This document shows positions 7,212 to 15,850 of a DNA stretch of 32,000 nucleotides, in pieces. The notes below the pieces were generated by a model. The model was not told the DNA's origin. It made no database searches and saw only the letters and a program-made list of their open reading frames with translations. Within the stretch, counting starts at the first letter, position 1. Each line of letters opens with the position of its first letter. The stretch is taken from positions 510,001 through 542,000 of the forward strand of contig CAWJMG010000003.1 of NCBI GenBank assembly GCA_963843975.1, read 5' to 3'. The stretch is from an uncultured Actinomycetes bacterium. Lineage in GTDB: Bacteria; Actinomycetota; Actinomycetes; S36-B12; CAIYMF01. Position numbers and translations under genes: made by a program.

Positions 7212-8309
7212 TCAGCGCGCCAGCACGTCCGCGAGGTCGTACCTCACGGGCCGCTCGAGCTGGTCGTACGTGCACGACTCGGGTGTCCGGTCCGCACGCC
7301 AGCGCTTGAACTGCGTCGTGTGCCGGAACCGGTCGCCCTCCATGGCGTCGTACCCGACCTCCACGACGAGCTCGGGCCGCAGCGGCCGCCAGTCGAGCTC
7401 CTTGCCCGAGCTCCAGCGCGAGACCGCGCCCGGGAGCCGCTGGCCCTCGTGCGCCGCGGCATCGCGCCACGCAGCCCACGGGTGCACGTCGCCGTCGCCG
7501 AGCGCGTACGGCGCGAGCTCGTCGATCAGCTCCGCCCGGCGCGCCATGGTGAACGTCGCCGAGACCCCGACCGACTGCAGCGAGCCGTCGTCGGCGTACA
7601 GGCCCAGCATCAGCGAGCCCACGATCTCCTGGCCGTCGGCGCCCGCCTGCTTGTGCGGCCGCCAGCCCGCGACGACGCAGTCGGCCGTCCGCGCGTGCTT
7701 CACCTTGAGCATCACGCGCTTGTCGGGCTGGTACGTCGAGGCGAGCGGCTTGCAGATGATGCCGTCGAGGCCGGCGCCCTCGAACACCTCGAACCAGCGG
7801 CGGCCCTCGTCGGCGTCAGCGCTGATGCGGGTGAGGTGCACGCTGCCGCCGGCGCCCGCGAGCGCACCCTCGAGCGCGGCACGGCGTACGCCGAACGGCT
7901 CGCCCATGAGGTCGTCGTCTCCGAGCGCCAGCAGGTCGAACGCCACGAACGACGCGGGGACCTCGCGCGCCAGCATCTGCACCCGGCTGTCGGCGGGGTG
8001 GATGCGCGACTGCAGGGTGCCGAAGTCGAGCCGGTCGCCGGTCACGACGACGATCTCGCCGTCCACGACGCAGCGCTCGGGCAGGGCTGCGCGCAGCGCC
8101 TCGACCAGCTCGGGGAAGTAGCGCGTCATCGGCTTCTCGTTGCGGCTGCCGAGCTCGACCTCGTCGCCGTCCTTGAAGACGATGCAGCGGAAGCCGTCCC
8201 ACTTGGGCTCGTAGACCAGGCCGCCCGCGACCGAGTCGGGCAGCGGCACGCCGCCGGTGACGGGCTTGGCCAGCATCGGCTTCACGGGCGGCATCACGGG
8301 CAGGCGCAT
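7212..8309 (-). CDS. ligC: ATP-dependent DNA ligase, LigC type
   Basis: 365 aa from MRLPVMPPVKPMLAK. Adenylation motif I is EPKWDGFR, and an OB-fold tail is present. The ORF-track extension to 9230 is Arg/Pro-rich and was rejected. The start coordinate is derived from the ORF-track frame. Confidence 0.9.
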   Translation of the reverse strand: MRLPVMPPVKPMLAKPVTGGVPLPDSVAGGLVYEPKWDGFRCIVFKDGDEVELGSRNEKPMTRYFPELVEALRAALPERCVVDGEIVVVTGDRLDFGTLQSRIHPADSRVQMLAREVPASFVAFDLLALGDDDLMGEPFGVRRAALEGALAGAGGSVHLTRISADADEGRRWFEVFEGAGLDGIICKPLASTYQPDKRVMLKVKHARTADCVVAGWRPHKQAGADGQEIVGSLMLGLYADDGSLQSVGVSATFTMARRAELIDELAPYALGDGDVHPWAAWRDAAAHEGQRLPGAVSRWSSGKELDWRPLRPELVVEVGYDAMEGDRFRHTTQFKRWRADRTPESCTYDQLERPVRYDLADVLAR

Positions 8310-8383
8310 CGCCCCATCCTGCCCCGCATCCCCGTCCCGCAGGGCTGATCCCGACGACGAGCCCGATCCGTCGCCGCTGCTGC

Positions 8384-9064
8384 GTGGGCCAGGATGGGCA
8401 CGTGCGGGACGAGGTGCTGCGACGGATCTGCGACGCCGTGCCCGTGCGCCCTGGCGGGTTCGTCCGCGTCGGGATCGACGGGCCCGACGGCTCGGGCAAG
8501 ACCGTGCTGGCCGACGAGCTCGCCGCCGTCCTCCGCGGCGACGGACGTCCGGTAGTGCGGGTGAGCGCGGACGACTTCCACCAGGTACGCGCCGTCCGCT
8601 ACGAGCTCGGGCGCACGAGCGCCGAGGGCATGTGGCTGCACTCCTACGACTACGACCGACTGCTGAGCGACGTGCTCGCCGCCTTCGGGCCGCACGGCGA
8701 CGGCCGCTACAGCGCCCGGGCCCACGACCTCGCGACCGACGAGGTGCTCGAGCCCGTGTGGCAGATCGCGCCGCGCGGCTCGGTGCTCGTGGTCGACGGC
8801 CTCTTCCTGCACCGAGACGAGCTGCGCGGCTCGTGGGACGTCTCGGTCTGGCTCGAGGTGCCGTACGAGGTGACGTGCGCGCGCATGGCCGTGCGCGACG
8901 GCACCGATCCGGACCCCGCCCACCCGAGCGTCGCGAGGTACGTCGGAGCCCAGGAGATATACCGCGAGGCCGCCGACCCCGCGGCACGCGCGGACGTCGT
9001 CGTCGACAACGCGGACCTCGAGCGCCCGTGGATCCTGCGCGCCCCGCCTCAGCCAGACGTGTAG
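8384..9064 (+). CDS. P-loop kinase of the uridine kinase / PRK family
   Basis: Walker A motif VGIDGPDGSGKTVLADEL near the N-terminus; 226 aa. The 3' end overlaps the convergent reductase gene by 16 nt. Confidence 0.72.
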   Translation: MGQDGHVRDEVLRRICDAVPVRPGGFVRVGIDGPDGSGKTVLADELAAVLRGDGRPVVRVSADDFHQVRAVRYELGRTSAEGMWLHSYDYDRLLSDVLAAFGPHGDGRYSARAHDLATDEVLEPVWQIAPRGSVLVVDGLFLHRDELRGSWDVSVWLEVPYEVTCARMAVRDGTDPDPAHPSVARYVGAQEIYREAADPAARADVVVDNADLERPWILRAPPQPDV

Positions 9065-9816
9065 CGAAGGAAGAGGGTGCCCTCGTCCTCGAGGACGTGC
9101 ACGAGCGAGAGCGGCCTCGGGGCATCGCCGAGCGGGGCCCCGGCGAGGATGCGCGGGATCTCCGGGCCTCCGGCGTACGAGCCGCCCGCGAGCACCGGCG
9201 ACACCGTGAGCAGCAGCTCGTCGAGCACATCCGCAGCGGCCAGGTCGCCGAGAAGGCTCGGCCCGCCCTCGGCGTGGATGCGCACGAGGCCTCGCTCGTT
9301 CAGCTGCGCGACGGCAGAGGCGAGGTCGACCTCGTCGTCGCCCGCGACCAGCACGTCGGCGTGCTCTGCCGTACGGCGCCGGAGCTCGGGATCGGAGGCG
9401 CCGCCCGTCACCACGATCGGTCGTGAGTCCGGGGCGGTGAACAGGTCGGAGGTCAGGTCGAGGTGCAGCGAGCGGCTGACGACCGCGATGAACGGTGCCG
9501 GCGCCTGGCCGGCGTCGCGGCGGCGGTCGGCGAAGGACGGCTTCTCCCTGGCCGGCTTGTAGCCCTCGGCGCGCACCGTGCCGGCGCCCGCGAGGACGAC
9601 GTCGGCGAGACCGCGCAGGCGGCCGAAGATGCGCTTGTCGGCCTCGCCGCTGATGGCTCCGGACAGGCCCTCGGGACCGCGCGCAGCACCGTCGACCGTC
9701 GACACCATGTTGGCGCGCAGCCACGGCTGCGACGCGGGCCAGCCCGGCCACGCGTAGGCGTCGTCGAGGTCGGCGTCGGTCAGGTCGTCGGCCACGTGGG
9801 GCAGGAGCATGCGCAC
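9049..9816 (-). CDS. RibD C-terminal domain / dihydrofolate-reductase-like pyrimidine reductase family protein
   Basis: Patterns LRANMVSTVDGAA...G.SG.ISG..D...F..LR..ADVVL.GAGT and ...AEGGPSLLG.L......DELLLTVSPVL.G. Confidence 0.8.
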   Translation of the reverse strand: MRMLLPHVADDLTDADLDDAYAWPGWPASQPWLRANMVSTVDGAARGPEGLSGAISGEADKRIFGRLRGLADVVLAGAGTVRAEGYKPAREKPSFADRRRDAGQAPAPFIAVVSRSLHLDLTSDLFTAPDSRPIVVTGGASDPELRRRTAEHADVLVAGDDEVDLASAVAQLNERGLVRIHAEGGPSLLGDLAAADVLDELLLTVSPVLAGGSYAGGPEIPRILAGAPLGDAPRPLSLVHVLEDEGTLFLRYTSG

Positions 9817-9864
9817 GCGTCGATCCTCGCACCCGCGCGGCGGGTGCGGGTGGCGCCGTCCGGC

Positions 9865-10116
9865 TCAGCTCTTGGGTCGGGCCAGGAACGTGAAGAGCGC
9901 CACGATCACGGCGGCGATGAAGACCTGCAGGGCGAACACGCCCCAGAAGCCCCAGCCCTGCGAGTGCCCGATCGCGCCGCCGATGGCCGAGCCCACGAGA
10001 CCGATGAGGATCGTGAGGAGGCAGCCGGTGGGTTCGTTGTTCCGGATCACCAGACGGGCCAGACCCCCGATGATGAGGCCCACGAAGATTCCGGAGATGA
10101 TGCCGCTCGGTTCCAT
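9865..10116 (-). CDS. GlsB/YeaQ/YmgE (transglycosylase-associated) stress-response membrane protein
   Basis: 83 aa from MEPSGIISGIFVGLIIGGLARLV with three Gly-rich TM segments. The start is set at an internal ATG of ORF 9865..10284. Confidence 0.85.
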   Translation of the reverse strand: MEPSGIISGIFVGLIIGGLARLVIRNNEPTGCLLTILIGLVGSAIGGAIGHSQGWGFWGVFALQVFIAAVIVALFTFLARPKS

Positions 10117-10147
10117 GCCGGCATCCTGCCAGCAGCGAGGGGCGACG

Positions 10148-11020
10148 ATGGGCAACAAGAACGACTCCGTCCGCACGGTCGAGGCGCACGACGTGGTCGA
10201 GGCCGTGACCTTCCGGCCCGGCGACCAGCTCGCCGACAGGTCCACGCGCGACCCCGACACAGCCCCCGGCGACCGCGCCATCACCGAGGCCGCGACAGCC
10301 GCGATCGTCGCCGAGCTCGCGGGCCTCCAGGAGCAGCTGTACGCCGAGGGTGTAGGTGGCGGTCAGCGATCGCTCCTGCTGCTGCTGCAGGGCATGGACA
10401 CCTCGGGCAAGGACGGCACGGTGCGGCGCGTCGTCGGCGCGATGAACCCCGCGGGTGTGCGCATCACGTCGTTCAAGAAGCCGACCACGGAGGAGCTCAA
10501 CCACGACTTCCTCTGGCGCATCGACAAGCAGCTGCCAATGCCGGGAGAGGTCAGCGTCTTCAACCGCTCGCAGTACGAGGACGTGCTCGTGGTGCGCGTG
10601 CACGACCTCGTGCCAGAGAGCGAGTGGTCGGGGCGCTACGACAAGATCAACGAGTTCGAGCGCCGCGTCGTGGATGCAGGCACGCACGTCATCAAGGTGA
10701 TGCTGCACATCTCGAAGACCGAGCAGAAGGAGCGGCTCGGCGAGCGGCTCGCCGACCCGACCAAGCACTGGAAGTACAACGCCGGCGACCTGACCGAGCG
10801 TGCCTTCTGGGACGACTACCAGGCGGCGTACCAGGACGCGCTGACGAAGTGCAGCACCGACAGCGCCCCGTGGTACGTCGTGCCCGGCGACCGCAAGTGG
10901 TACCGCGACTGGGTGGTGGCCAACCTGCTCGTGCACGCGCTGCGCGAGATGAGCCCGCGCTACCCACCCGCCGACTTCGACGTCGCCGAGCAGAAGCGAC
11001 TCCTGGCCGCCGCCGACTGA
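10148..11020 (+). CDS. ppk2: Polyphosphate kinase 2 family protein
   Basis: PPK2 Walker-like LLLLLQGMDTSGKDGT, then FKKPT.EE..HDFLWR and VFNRSQYEDV. Start at ATG 10148 (MGNKNDS), because the upstream part of the ORF is antisense to the GlsB-like gene. Confidence 0.9.
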   Translation: MGNKNDSVRTVEAHDVVEAVTFRPGDQLADRSTRDPDTAPGDRAITEAATAAIVAELAGLQEQLYAEGVGGGQRSLLLLLQGMDTSGKDGTVRRVVGAMNPAGVRITSFKKPTTEELNHDFLWRIDKQLPMPGEVSVFNRSQYEDVLVVRVHDLVPESEWSGRYDKINEFERRVVDAGTHVIKVMLHISKTEQKERLGERLADPTKHWKYNAGDLTERAFWDDYQAAYQDALTKCSTDSAPWYVVPGDRKWYRDWVVANLLVHALREMSPRYPPADFDVAEQKRLLAAAD

Positions 11021-11069
11021 CACGTCGCTGCTGCGCGGCACGCCGCCGCGTCGGCCCTACGGTGGTCCC

Positions 11070-12116
11070 GTGAGCGAGCCCGAGCAGGACGCGAGCCGCC
11101 GCCGCGGCGCCGTGGCTGCGTTCTGGTCGCGCGTCGATGCGGCGTCTGCGAGCTGGACCCCGGCCCAGCACCGCAGCGCCACGACTCTCACGGAGTCCGT
11201 GTCGATCGGTGCCCGGGTGATGGTGTCGACGCGCTTCACCGGGCTCGCCGCGGAGATGTCCTTCTGGGGCATCTTCGCGTTGCCCTGGGTGCTGCTGGGC
11301 GCGGTCGCCGGTCTTGCGTGGGTGCAGTCGCAGTTCGGCCTCGACGTCCTGACCCAGGCCCAGCAGCTCATCCTCGACACGGCGTCCAAGGTGCTGACGC
11401 CCGACGTCGTCGACGACGTCGTGGAGCCGCTCGTCGCCGAGATGTTCCAGTACGGCTCGACCGGGTTGTCGCTCTTCTCGTTCGTCATCGCGCTGTGGTC
11501 GGGGTCGCGCCTCGTCGCCACGGCCGTGCAGGCTGTCGTGATCGTGTCGGGCGACCGGTACGCAGGGTATGTCCGCACGCGGGCACGTGCGCTTCTCATC
11601 TACGCGTCCGCGCTCCTCGCGCTCATCCCCGTGACCATCCTCATGCTGGCCGGGCCCGACGTGTTCTCCCGGTGGCTGGGCACCTCGGGCACGTGGCTGT
11701 TCTGGATCGGCTTCCTCGGCGCCACCACGATCCTGTTCGCCTCGCTGTACCACTTCTCGCTCGTGCCCCGGCGTCCGCTGCGCAGGGCGCTGCCCGGCGC
11801 GCTGGTCGCGGTCGCCGGCTGGGTGCTCGGCTCCATCGGTCTGCGCGTCTACCTCGCCTACAGCTTCACCCGCGGCTCGCTCTACGGCATCGTCGGCGCC
11901 CCGATCGCGGTGATGCTGTGGGCGTACGTCACGTCGTACGTCGTTCTGCTCGGAGCGCTCGTGAACCGCGTGGTCGACGAGTGGCGCGAGATGTCGACGT
12001 TCCCGACCTTCGGGCAGAGCCTGCGCGGCCTGCTACGGCCGGACGACGCGCACCGTGTCGCCGGTGCGGATGACGCCGCCGCGGACGACGGACGTGTTGA
12101 TCCCGCGCAGCCGTAG
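11070..12116 (+). CDS. YihY/BrkB (virulence factor BrkB / former RNase BN) family membrane protein
   Basis: FTGLAAEMSFWGIFALPWVLL followed by multiple TM segments. The C-terminal 84 nt overlap the convergent MOSC gene. Confidence 0.8.
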   Translation: MSEPEQDASRRRGAVAAFWSRVDAASASWTPAQHRSATTLTESVSIGARVMVSTRFTGLAAEMSFWGIFALPWVLLGAVAGLAWVQSQFGLDVLTQAQQLILDTASKVLTPDVVDDVVEPLVAEMFQYGSTGLSLFSFVIALWSGSRLVATAVQAVVIVSGDRYAGYVRTRARALLIYASALLALIPVTILMLAGPDVFSRWLGTSGTWLFWIGFLGATTILFASLYHFSLVPRRPLRRALPGALVAVAGWVLGSIGLRVYLAYSFTRGSLYGIVGAPIAVMLWAYVTSYVVLLGALVNRVVDEWREMSTFPTFGQSLRGLLRPDDAHRVAGADDAAADDGRVDPAQP

Positions 12117-12614
12117 GAGCTTGCCGTCCGGCTTCGCGGTGAGGCGCAGCGCCTCGACGCCGAACCGCTCGGAGAACTTCGCGCAGCCGGTGTGCGGCGC
12201 GTCTGTGACCTCGAGCGCAGCGTCGCCGATCTCGAGCAGCGTGCCCGTCGGCAGGTTGTCGGTGCTGAGGTCGAGGTCGACGTAGATCTGGTCTCCGGCC
12301 AGCGGCACCCGCTCGTCGGTGCTCGCCACGAGGCGGGCGGCGCGGATGTTCATGACGGTGACCTGCGCCTTGGGGTTCGCCGAACCGTCGGGCGTCCGCG
12401 TGCTGCCGCGCTCGATCCACGTGTCGCCGACGACGCCCACCGACAGGTCGAGGGTCGCCTCGGTCTGCAGCACGCGCTCGCCCACCTGGGGGCGGGTGAC
12501 GATCAGCTCGACGGGGCCGGCGTCGGCGGGGGAGAGCCGGACGTCCGCGAGCCCGGCCTCGAGCGCCTCGGGATCGCGGTGGAAGGGCTCGTGGTCGGGG
12601 TTCACCGGCTGCAT
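12033..12614 (-). CDS. MOSC domain-containing protein (YiiM-like)
   Basis: 193 aa with the conserved segment EVTDAPHTGCAKFSERFG (MOSC Cys) and a C-terminal GINTSVVRGGVIRTGD. GGGAAG lies 9 nt upstream of the ATG. Confidence 0.85.
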   Translation of the reverse strand: MQPVNPDHEPFHRDPEALEAGLADVRLSPADAGPVELIVTRPQVGERVLQTEATLDLSVGVVGDTWIERGSTRTPDGSANPKAQVTVMNIRAARLVASTDERVPLAGDQIYVDLDLSTDNLPTGTLLEIGDAALEVTDAPHTGCAKFSERFGVEALRLTAKPDGKLLRLRGINTSVVRGGVIRTGDTVRVVRP

Positions 12615-12665
12615 GGGGCCGATCTTCCCAAACCGGTCAACGGCCGCGCGACCCCGTTCTTGTGG

Positions 12666-13862
12666 TCAGACGGTGGCGGTGACGGTATCGTAGCCGCGCA
12701 GGACGAAGGTGCTGCGCTTGACCGGCGACCCGACCAGCCCCAGGCCGGGGAACCGCTCGGCGAGCATCGGCAGCGACTGCTGCATCTCCAGGCGCGCGAG
12801 CGGGCCACCGAGGCAGAAGTGGATCCCGGCGCCGAACGCGATGTGCGGGTTGGGATCGCGGCCGACGTCGAACGAGTCGGCGTCCTCGAAGACCTCGGGG
12901 TCGCGATTGGCCGAGCCGAGCAGGGCCGCGATCTTCTGGCCCTCGCGGATCGTGGCGCCGCCGATCTCGACGTCGGCGAGCGCCGTCCGCTCGAACAGCG
13001 CCGAGGGTGTGTCGTAGCGGAGCATCTCCTCGACCGCGGTGCTCGCGAGCCCCCACGGGTCGGCGACGACGCGGTCCCACTGGTCGCGGTGGTCCATGAG
13101 CGCGACGAGGCCGTTGCCGAACCCGTTGACGGTGGCTTCGTGGCCGGCGTTGAGCAGCAGCACGACCGTGGCGGCGAGCTCGTGCGCGGTGAGTCGCTCG
13201 CCCTCGGCCTCGACCTGGGCGAGGTGCGTGACGAGGTCGTCGCCCGGCTCGACGCGGCGGCGCTCGACGAGCTCGGCGACGTACGCCGCGAACTCGCGGC
13301 ACGCGGCCTCGGCGCGACGGTCGTCCTCGGGCGTGCGGTCGTACTCGTACATCTTCACGATGGCCTGCGACCACGGCCGCAGCGGACCGATCTCGTCGTC
13401 GGGCACGCCGAGGAGGTCGGCGATGACGAGGACGGGAAGCGGCTCGGCGTAGTCGGCGATCGCGTCGAAGCTGCCCGTCTCGGCGAGCTTCACCGCGCAC
13501 CCGTCGAGCAGATCGGCGCACAGCTCCTGGATGCGCGGGCGGCGGGCGTCGATGTTGCCCCGGGCGAACGCGGCGGCCACGAGTCGGCGCAGGCGCGTGT
13601 GCTTGGGCGGCTCGTTCTCCAGAAGTGCGTCCGCGTGCAGCCAGTTGAAGGTCTCCCAGGCGTCCTCGGGCACCCGGGCGCGCCAGACCCTGCCGAGCGA
13701 CCGGTCGCGCAGTACGGCGTTGGCGTCCGCGTGGCGGAAGGCCAACCACATGCCGAGGCCGTCGTCCCACACCGGGCGGCCCTCGGCGCGCATGCGCGTG
13801 AAGGCGGGGTAGGGGTCGGCGACGATCGCCGGGTCGTCGATGGAGAAGGCCGTGGCGCTCAT
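12666..13862 (-). CDS. Cytochrome P450
   Basis: Heme-thiolate loop FGAGIHFCLGGPLARLE, an ExxR motif (EEMLRY) and I-helix LLLNAGHEAT; 398 aa. Confidence 0.93.
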   Translation of the reverse strand: MSATAFSIDDPAIVADPYPAFTRMRAEGRPVWDDGLGMWLAFRHADANAVLRDRSLGRVWRARVPEDAWETFNWLHADALLENEPPKHTRLRRLVAAAFARGNIDARRPRIQELCADLLDGCAVKLAETGSFDAIADYAEPLPVLVIADLLGVPDDEIGPLRPWSQAIVKMYEYDRTPEDDRRAEAACREFAAYVAELVERRRVEPGDDLVTHLAQVEAEGERLTAHELAATVVLLLNAGHEATVNGFGNGLVALMDHRDQWDRVVADPWGLASTAVEEMLRYDTPSALFERTALADVEIGGATIREGQKIAALLGSANRDPEVFEDADSFDVGRDPNPHIAFGAGIHFCLGGPLARLEMQQSLPMLAERFPGLGLVGSPVKRSTFVLRGYDTVTATV

Positions 13863-13899
13863 GGTTGCCGACCCTAGTGCGAGCGCGTCGGTGCGTGGG

Positions 13900-15330
13900 T
13901 CAGGCGGGTGCGCCCTCGAGCCACTGCACGGCGGCCTCGGCCGTCCAGCCCTGGGGGTGCGCGGCGAGCATCGTGCGCGGGCCGTCGAGGTCGTCGCCGA
14001 GCGTCACGAGCGGCAGCTCGGGCTCACCGCCCTTGCGGATCTGAGGCATGCCGACGCTTGCGACGAGCGCGTTGCAGAGGCATACCCGGCCCGAGGTCGC
14101 CTCGGCCTCGCCGCCCTTGCGCTCGAAGATGCGGTCGGGCTCGGCGGGGCATCGGTAGTCGACCTCGCCGTTGTCCTTGAGGAAGGGCTGGCGCAGGTGA
14201 CCGAGGTCGCACACCGCGGGGCGCTCCTCGCGGAGCGAGAGGTCCGAGAGCGTGCCGTCGAGCTGGGCGACCTTGAACGGGAAGCCGGTGGGGGAGGCGT
14301 GCGCATCGGTGCGCGTGACGAGGGTGCCGTCGGCGAGCTGGCGCAGCAGCTCGGCCCGCAGGTCGTCGCGGAAGCCGGAGTCGAGGGACAGGGCGAACAG
14401 GGTGCCGACCTGGATGCCACGGGCGCCGAGCGCCTCGGCCTCCGCGAGCTTGTCGGGGCTGCCGAACGAGCCGGCCATCCAGAACGGCAGACCGATCGTG
14501 GTCATGGCCTCGGTGTCGCACGCGTCCCGCGGCCCGTAGACGGGCTGGCCGAGCTCGTCGAGCACGAGCTTGCCGCGCGGGGGAGCGTTGTGCCCGCCGG
14601 CGGTCGGCGCCTCCACGACGAAGCCGTCGGGGCGCGTGACCTCGGACCGCGCCAGGTAACCGGCGAGCACGTGGCTCGACACGATCGCGAGGAATGTCGG
14701 CCGGGACGGCACCTGGACGGCGCCGCCCATCACCTCGAGCGGTTCGAAGTCCACGGTGAACGACTGCTCGCCCGCCTCGTGCACGTCGACCGGCAGCGAC
14801 GTCGCACGGTTCTTCGCGAGGTCGTCGAGCATCGCGGGGATGTGCGCAGGGATGCCGGCGCCCATGAGCACCGCGTCGACGCCGGCGAGCATCGCGCCGT
14901 ACGCCGAGGCAGGCGTGGTCATCTGGATCTTCTCGAGGTAGTTGATGCCGACGGCGCCGTCATGCCCCTCACGGGCGAGCCACACCTCGACGAAGTTGCC
15001 GACGACGATGAGCCGCTGCGCGCGCAGGCTCGGGTCGATGGCCGGCCGCGAGGTCGGTGCGTACGGCGTGGTCGCACCCTTGCCGCCGTCGACGAAGTAC
15101 CGGTCGAGCACCTCGGACGCGATCTCGGGCACGGGGAAGGCCGCGAGCGCGCGGCGCACGTCGCCGTCGGGGTCGCCGTCCTGCAGGCGGCGGGCCACGA
15201 CGATGTCGAGCGCGGTGCCGGACACGACGCCGAGGCCGCCGGCGCGGCTGACCGCACGGGCGAGGCGCCAGGAGGAGACGGCGACGCCCATGCCTCCCTG
15301 GATGACGCGCGGCAGGGTCGTCTCGGTCAT
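13900..15330 (-). CDS. Nitronate monooxygenase (NMO / 2-nitropropane dioxygenase) family FMN oxidoreductase, long form
   Basis: N-terminus PRVIQGGMGVAVSSWRLARAVSRAGGLGVVSG is typical of the NMO TIM-barrel family; 476 aa. GGGAG lies 8 nt upstream of the ATG. Confidence 0.85.
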   Translation of the reverse strand: MTETTLPRVIQGGMGVAVSSWRLARAVSRAGGLGVVSGTALDIVVARRLQDGDPDGDVRRALAAFPVPEIASEVLDRYFVDGGKGATTPYAPTSRPAIDPSLRAQRLIVVGNFVEVWLAREGHDGAVGINYLEKIQMTTPASAYGAMLAGVDAVLMGAGIPAHIPAMLDDLAKNRATSLPVDVHEAGEQSFTVDFEPLEVMGGAVQVPSRPTFLAIVSSHVLAGYLARSEVTRPDGFVVEAPTAGGHNAPPRGKLVLDELGQPVYGPRDACDTEAMTTIGLPFWMAGSFGSPDKLAEAEALGARGIQVGTLFALSLDSGFRDDLRAELLRQLADGTLVTRTDAHASPTGFPFKVAQLDGTLSDLSLREERPAVCDLGHLRQPFLKDNGEVDYRCPAEPDRIFERKGGEAEATSGRVCLCNALVASVGMPQIRKGGEPELPLVTLGDDLDGPRTMLAAHPQGWTAEAAVQWLEGAPA

Positions 15331-15361
15331 GGCAGCACTCCCAGGTCGGGCCGGAACCTTT

Positions 15362-15375
15362 CGGTTACGTTACCG
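15362..15375. promoter_or_regulatory. Near-palindrome CGGTTACGTTACCG upstream of the NMO gene (operator candidate)
   Basis: 6 of 7 symmetric pairs. It is embedded in the outer inverted repeat AACCT...AGGTT, about 32 nt upstream of the NMO start. On the minus strand TAACGT could serve as a -10. Confidence 0.25.
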
Positions 15376-15434
15376 TAGGTTGTGCGGTCCCGAACAGATC
15401 CCGCGCTGCGATGCGCAGCACACCCGGGACTTCC

Positions 15435-15707
15435 TCAGCCGAGGAACCGTCCGCTCTCGAACGGCATCGGATCCAGCCACGGGCTGCGCACCGGCACCGA
15501 ATCCTCGGCCAGGTCGGTCACCCGAAGGTCCACCGCGCGGGCGGCGGCATGCTCGACCGTGCGGTCGACGTCCTCGCCGCCTCCGGGGTAGCCGGGGATG
15601 GCGTCGTCGTCCGCCCAGCCGGGACTGTCGGCCAGGTCCCAGATGGGGTCGGAGTCGTCGAACGGCAGCTGGATCGGTGCGGTCATGCCGGTGGCGTACC
15701 TGCGCAT
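15435..15707 (-). CDS. Hypothetical acidic 90-aa protein
   Basis: GAGGAGG lies 6 nt upstream of the ATG (MRRYATGMTAPIQLPFDD...). Strongly G/C third positions. No recognisable family. Confidence 0.6.
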   Translation of the reverse strand: MRRYATGMTAPIQLPFDDSDPIWDLADSPGWADDDAIPGYPGGGEDVDRTVEHAAARAVDLRVTDLAEDSVPVRSPWLDPMPFESGRFLG

Positions 15708-15741
15708 CACGAGCCTCCTCGGTCCCCGAACCTCGTGAGCC

Positions 15742-15792
15742 CTGGATACGCCTGCACGCGGTGACAGGTCGATGGTCAATCCGGGTAGGTGG
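15742..15792 (-). repeat. Copy A of a conserved ~48-nt leader/promoter element
   Basis: Plus strand reads CTGGATACGCCTGCACGCGGTGACAGGTCGATGGTCAATCCGGGTAGG. 42 of 48 positions are identical to copy B. It ends 34 nt upstream of the 15707 start codon. Confidence 0.7.
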
Positions 15793-15850
15793 CGGAGCGT
15801 GGCCGCCGCTGGGCCGACGGGGGAGACGCGCAGTGCACCGGTGGACCCGG

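Noticed and set aside
8310-9230. A 307-codon N-terminal extension of the ligase ORF (ORF track 7212..9230).
   Set aside because: The extension is Arg/Pro/Ser-rich and is antisense to the P-loop kinase gene. LigC-type ligases begin at the conserved M..PVMPPV.PMLAK sequence found at 8309.
10117-10147. A 31-nt divergent intergenic region between the GlsB-like gene and ppk2, considered as a possible shared bidirectional regulatory site or a sign of mis-called starts.
   Set aside because: Both chosen starts give proteins of the expected length for their families. The region contains no repeat or palindrome that I could see. It is too short to say more without transcript data.
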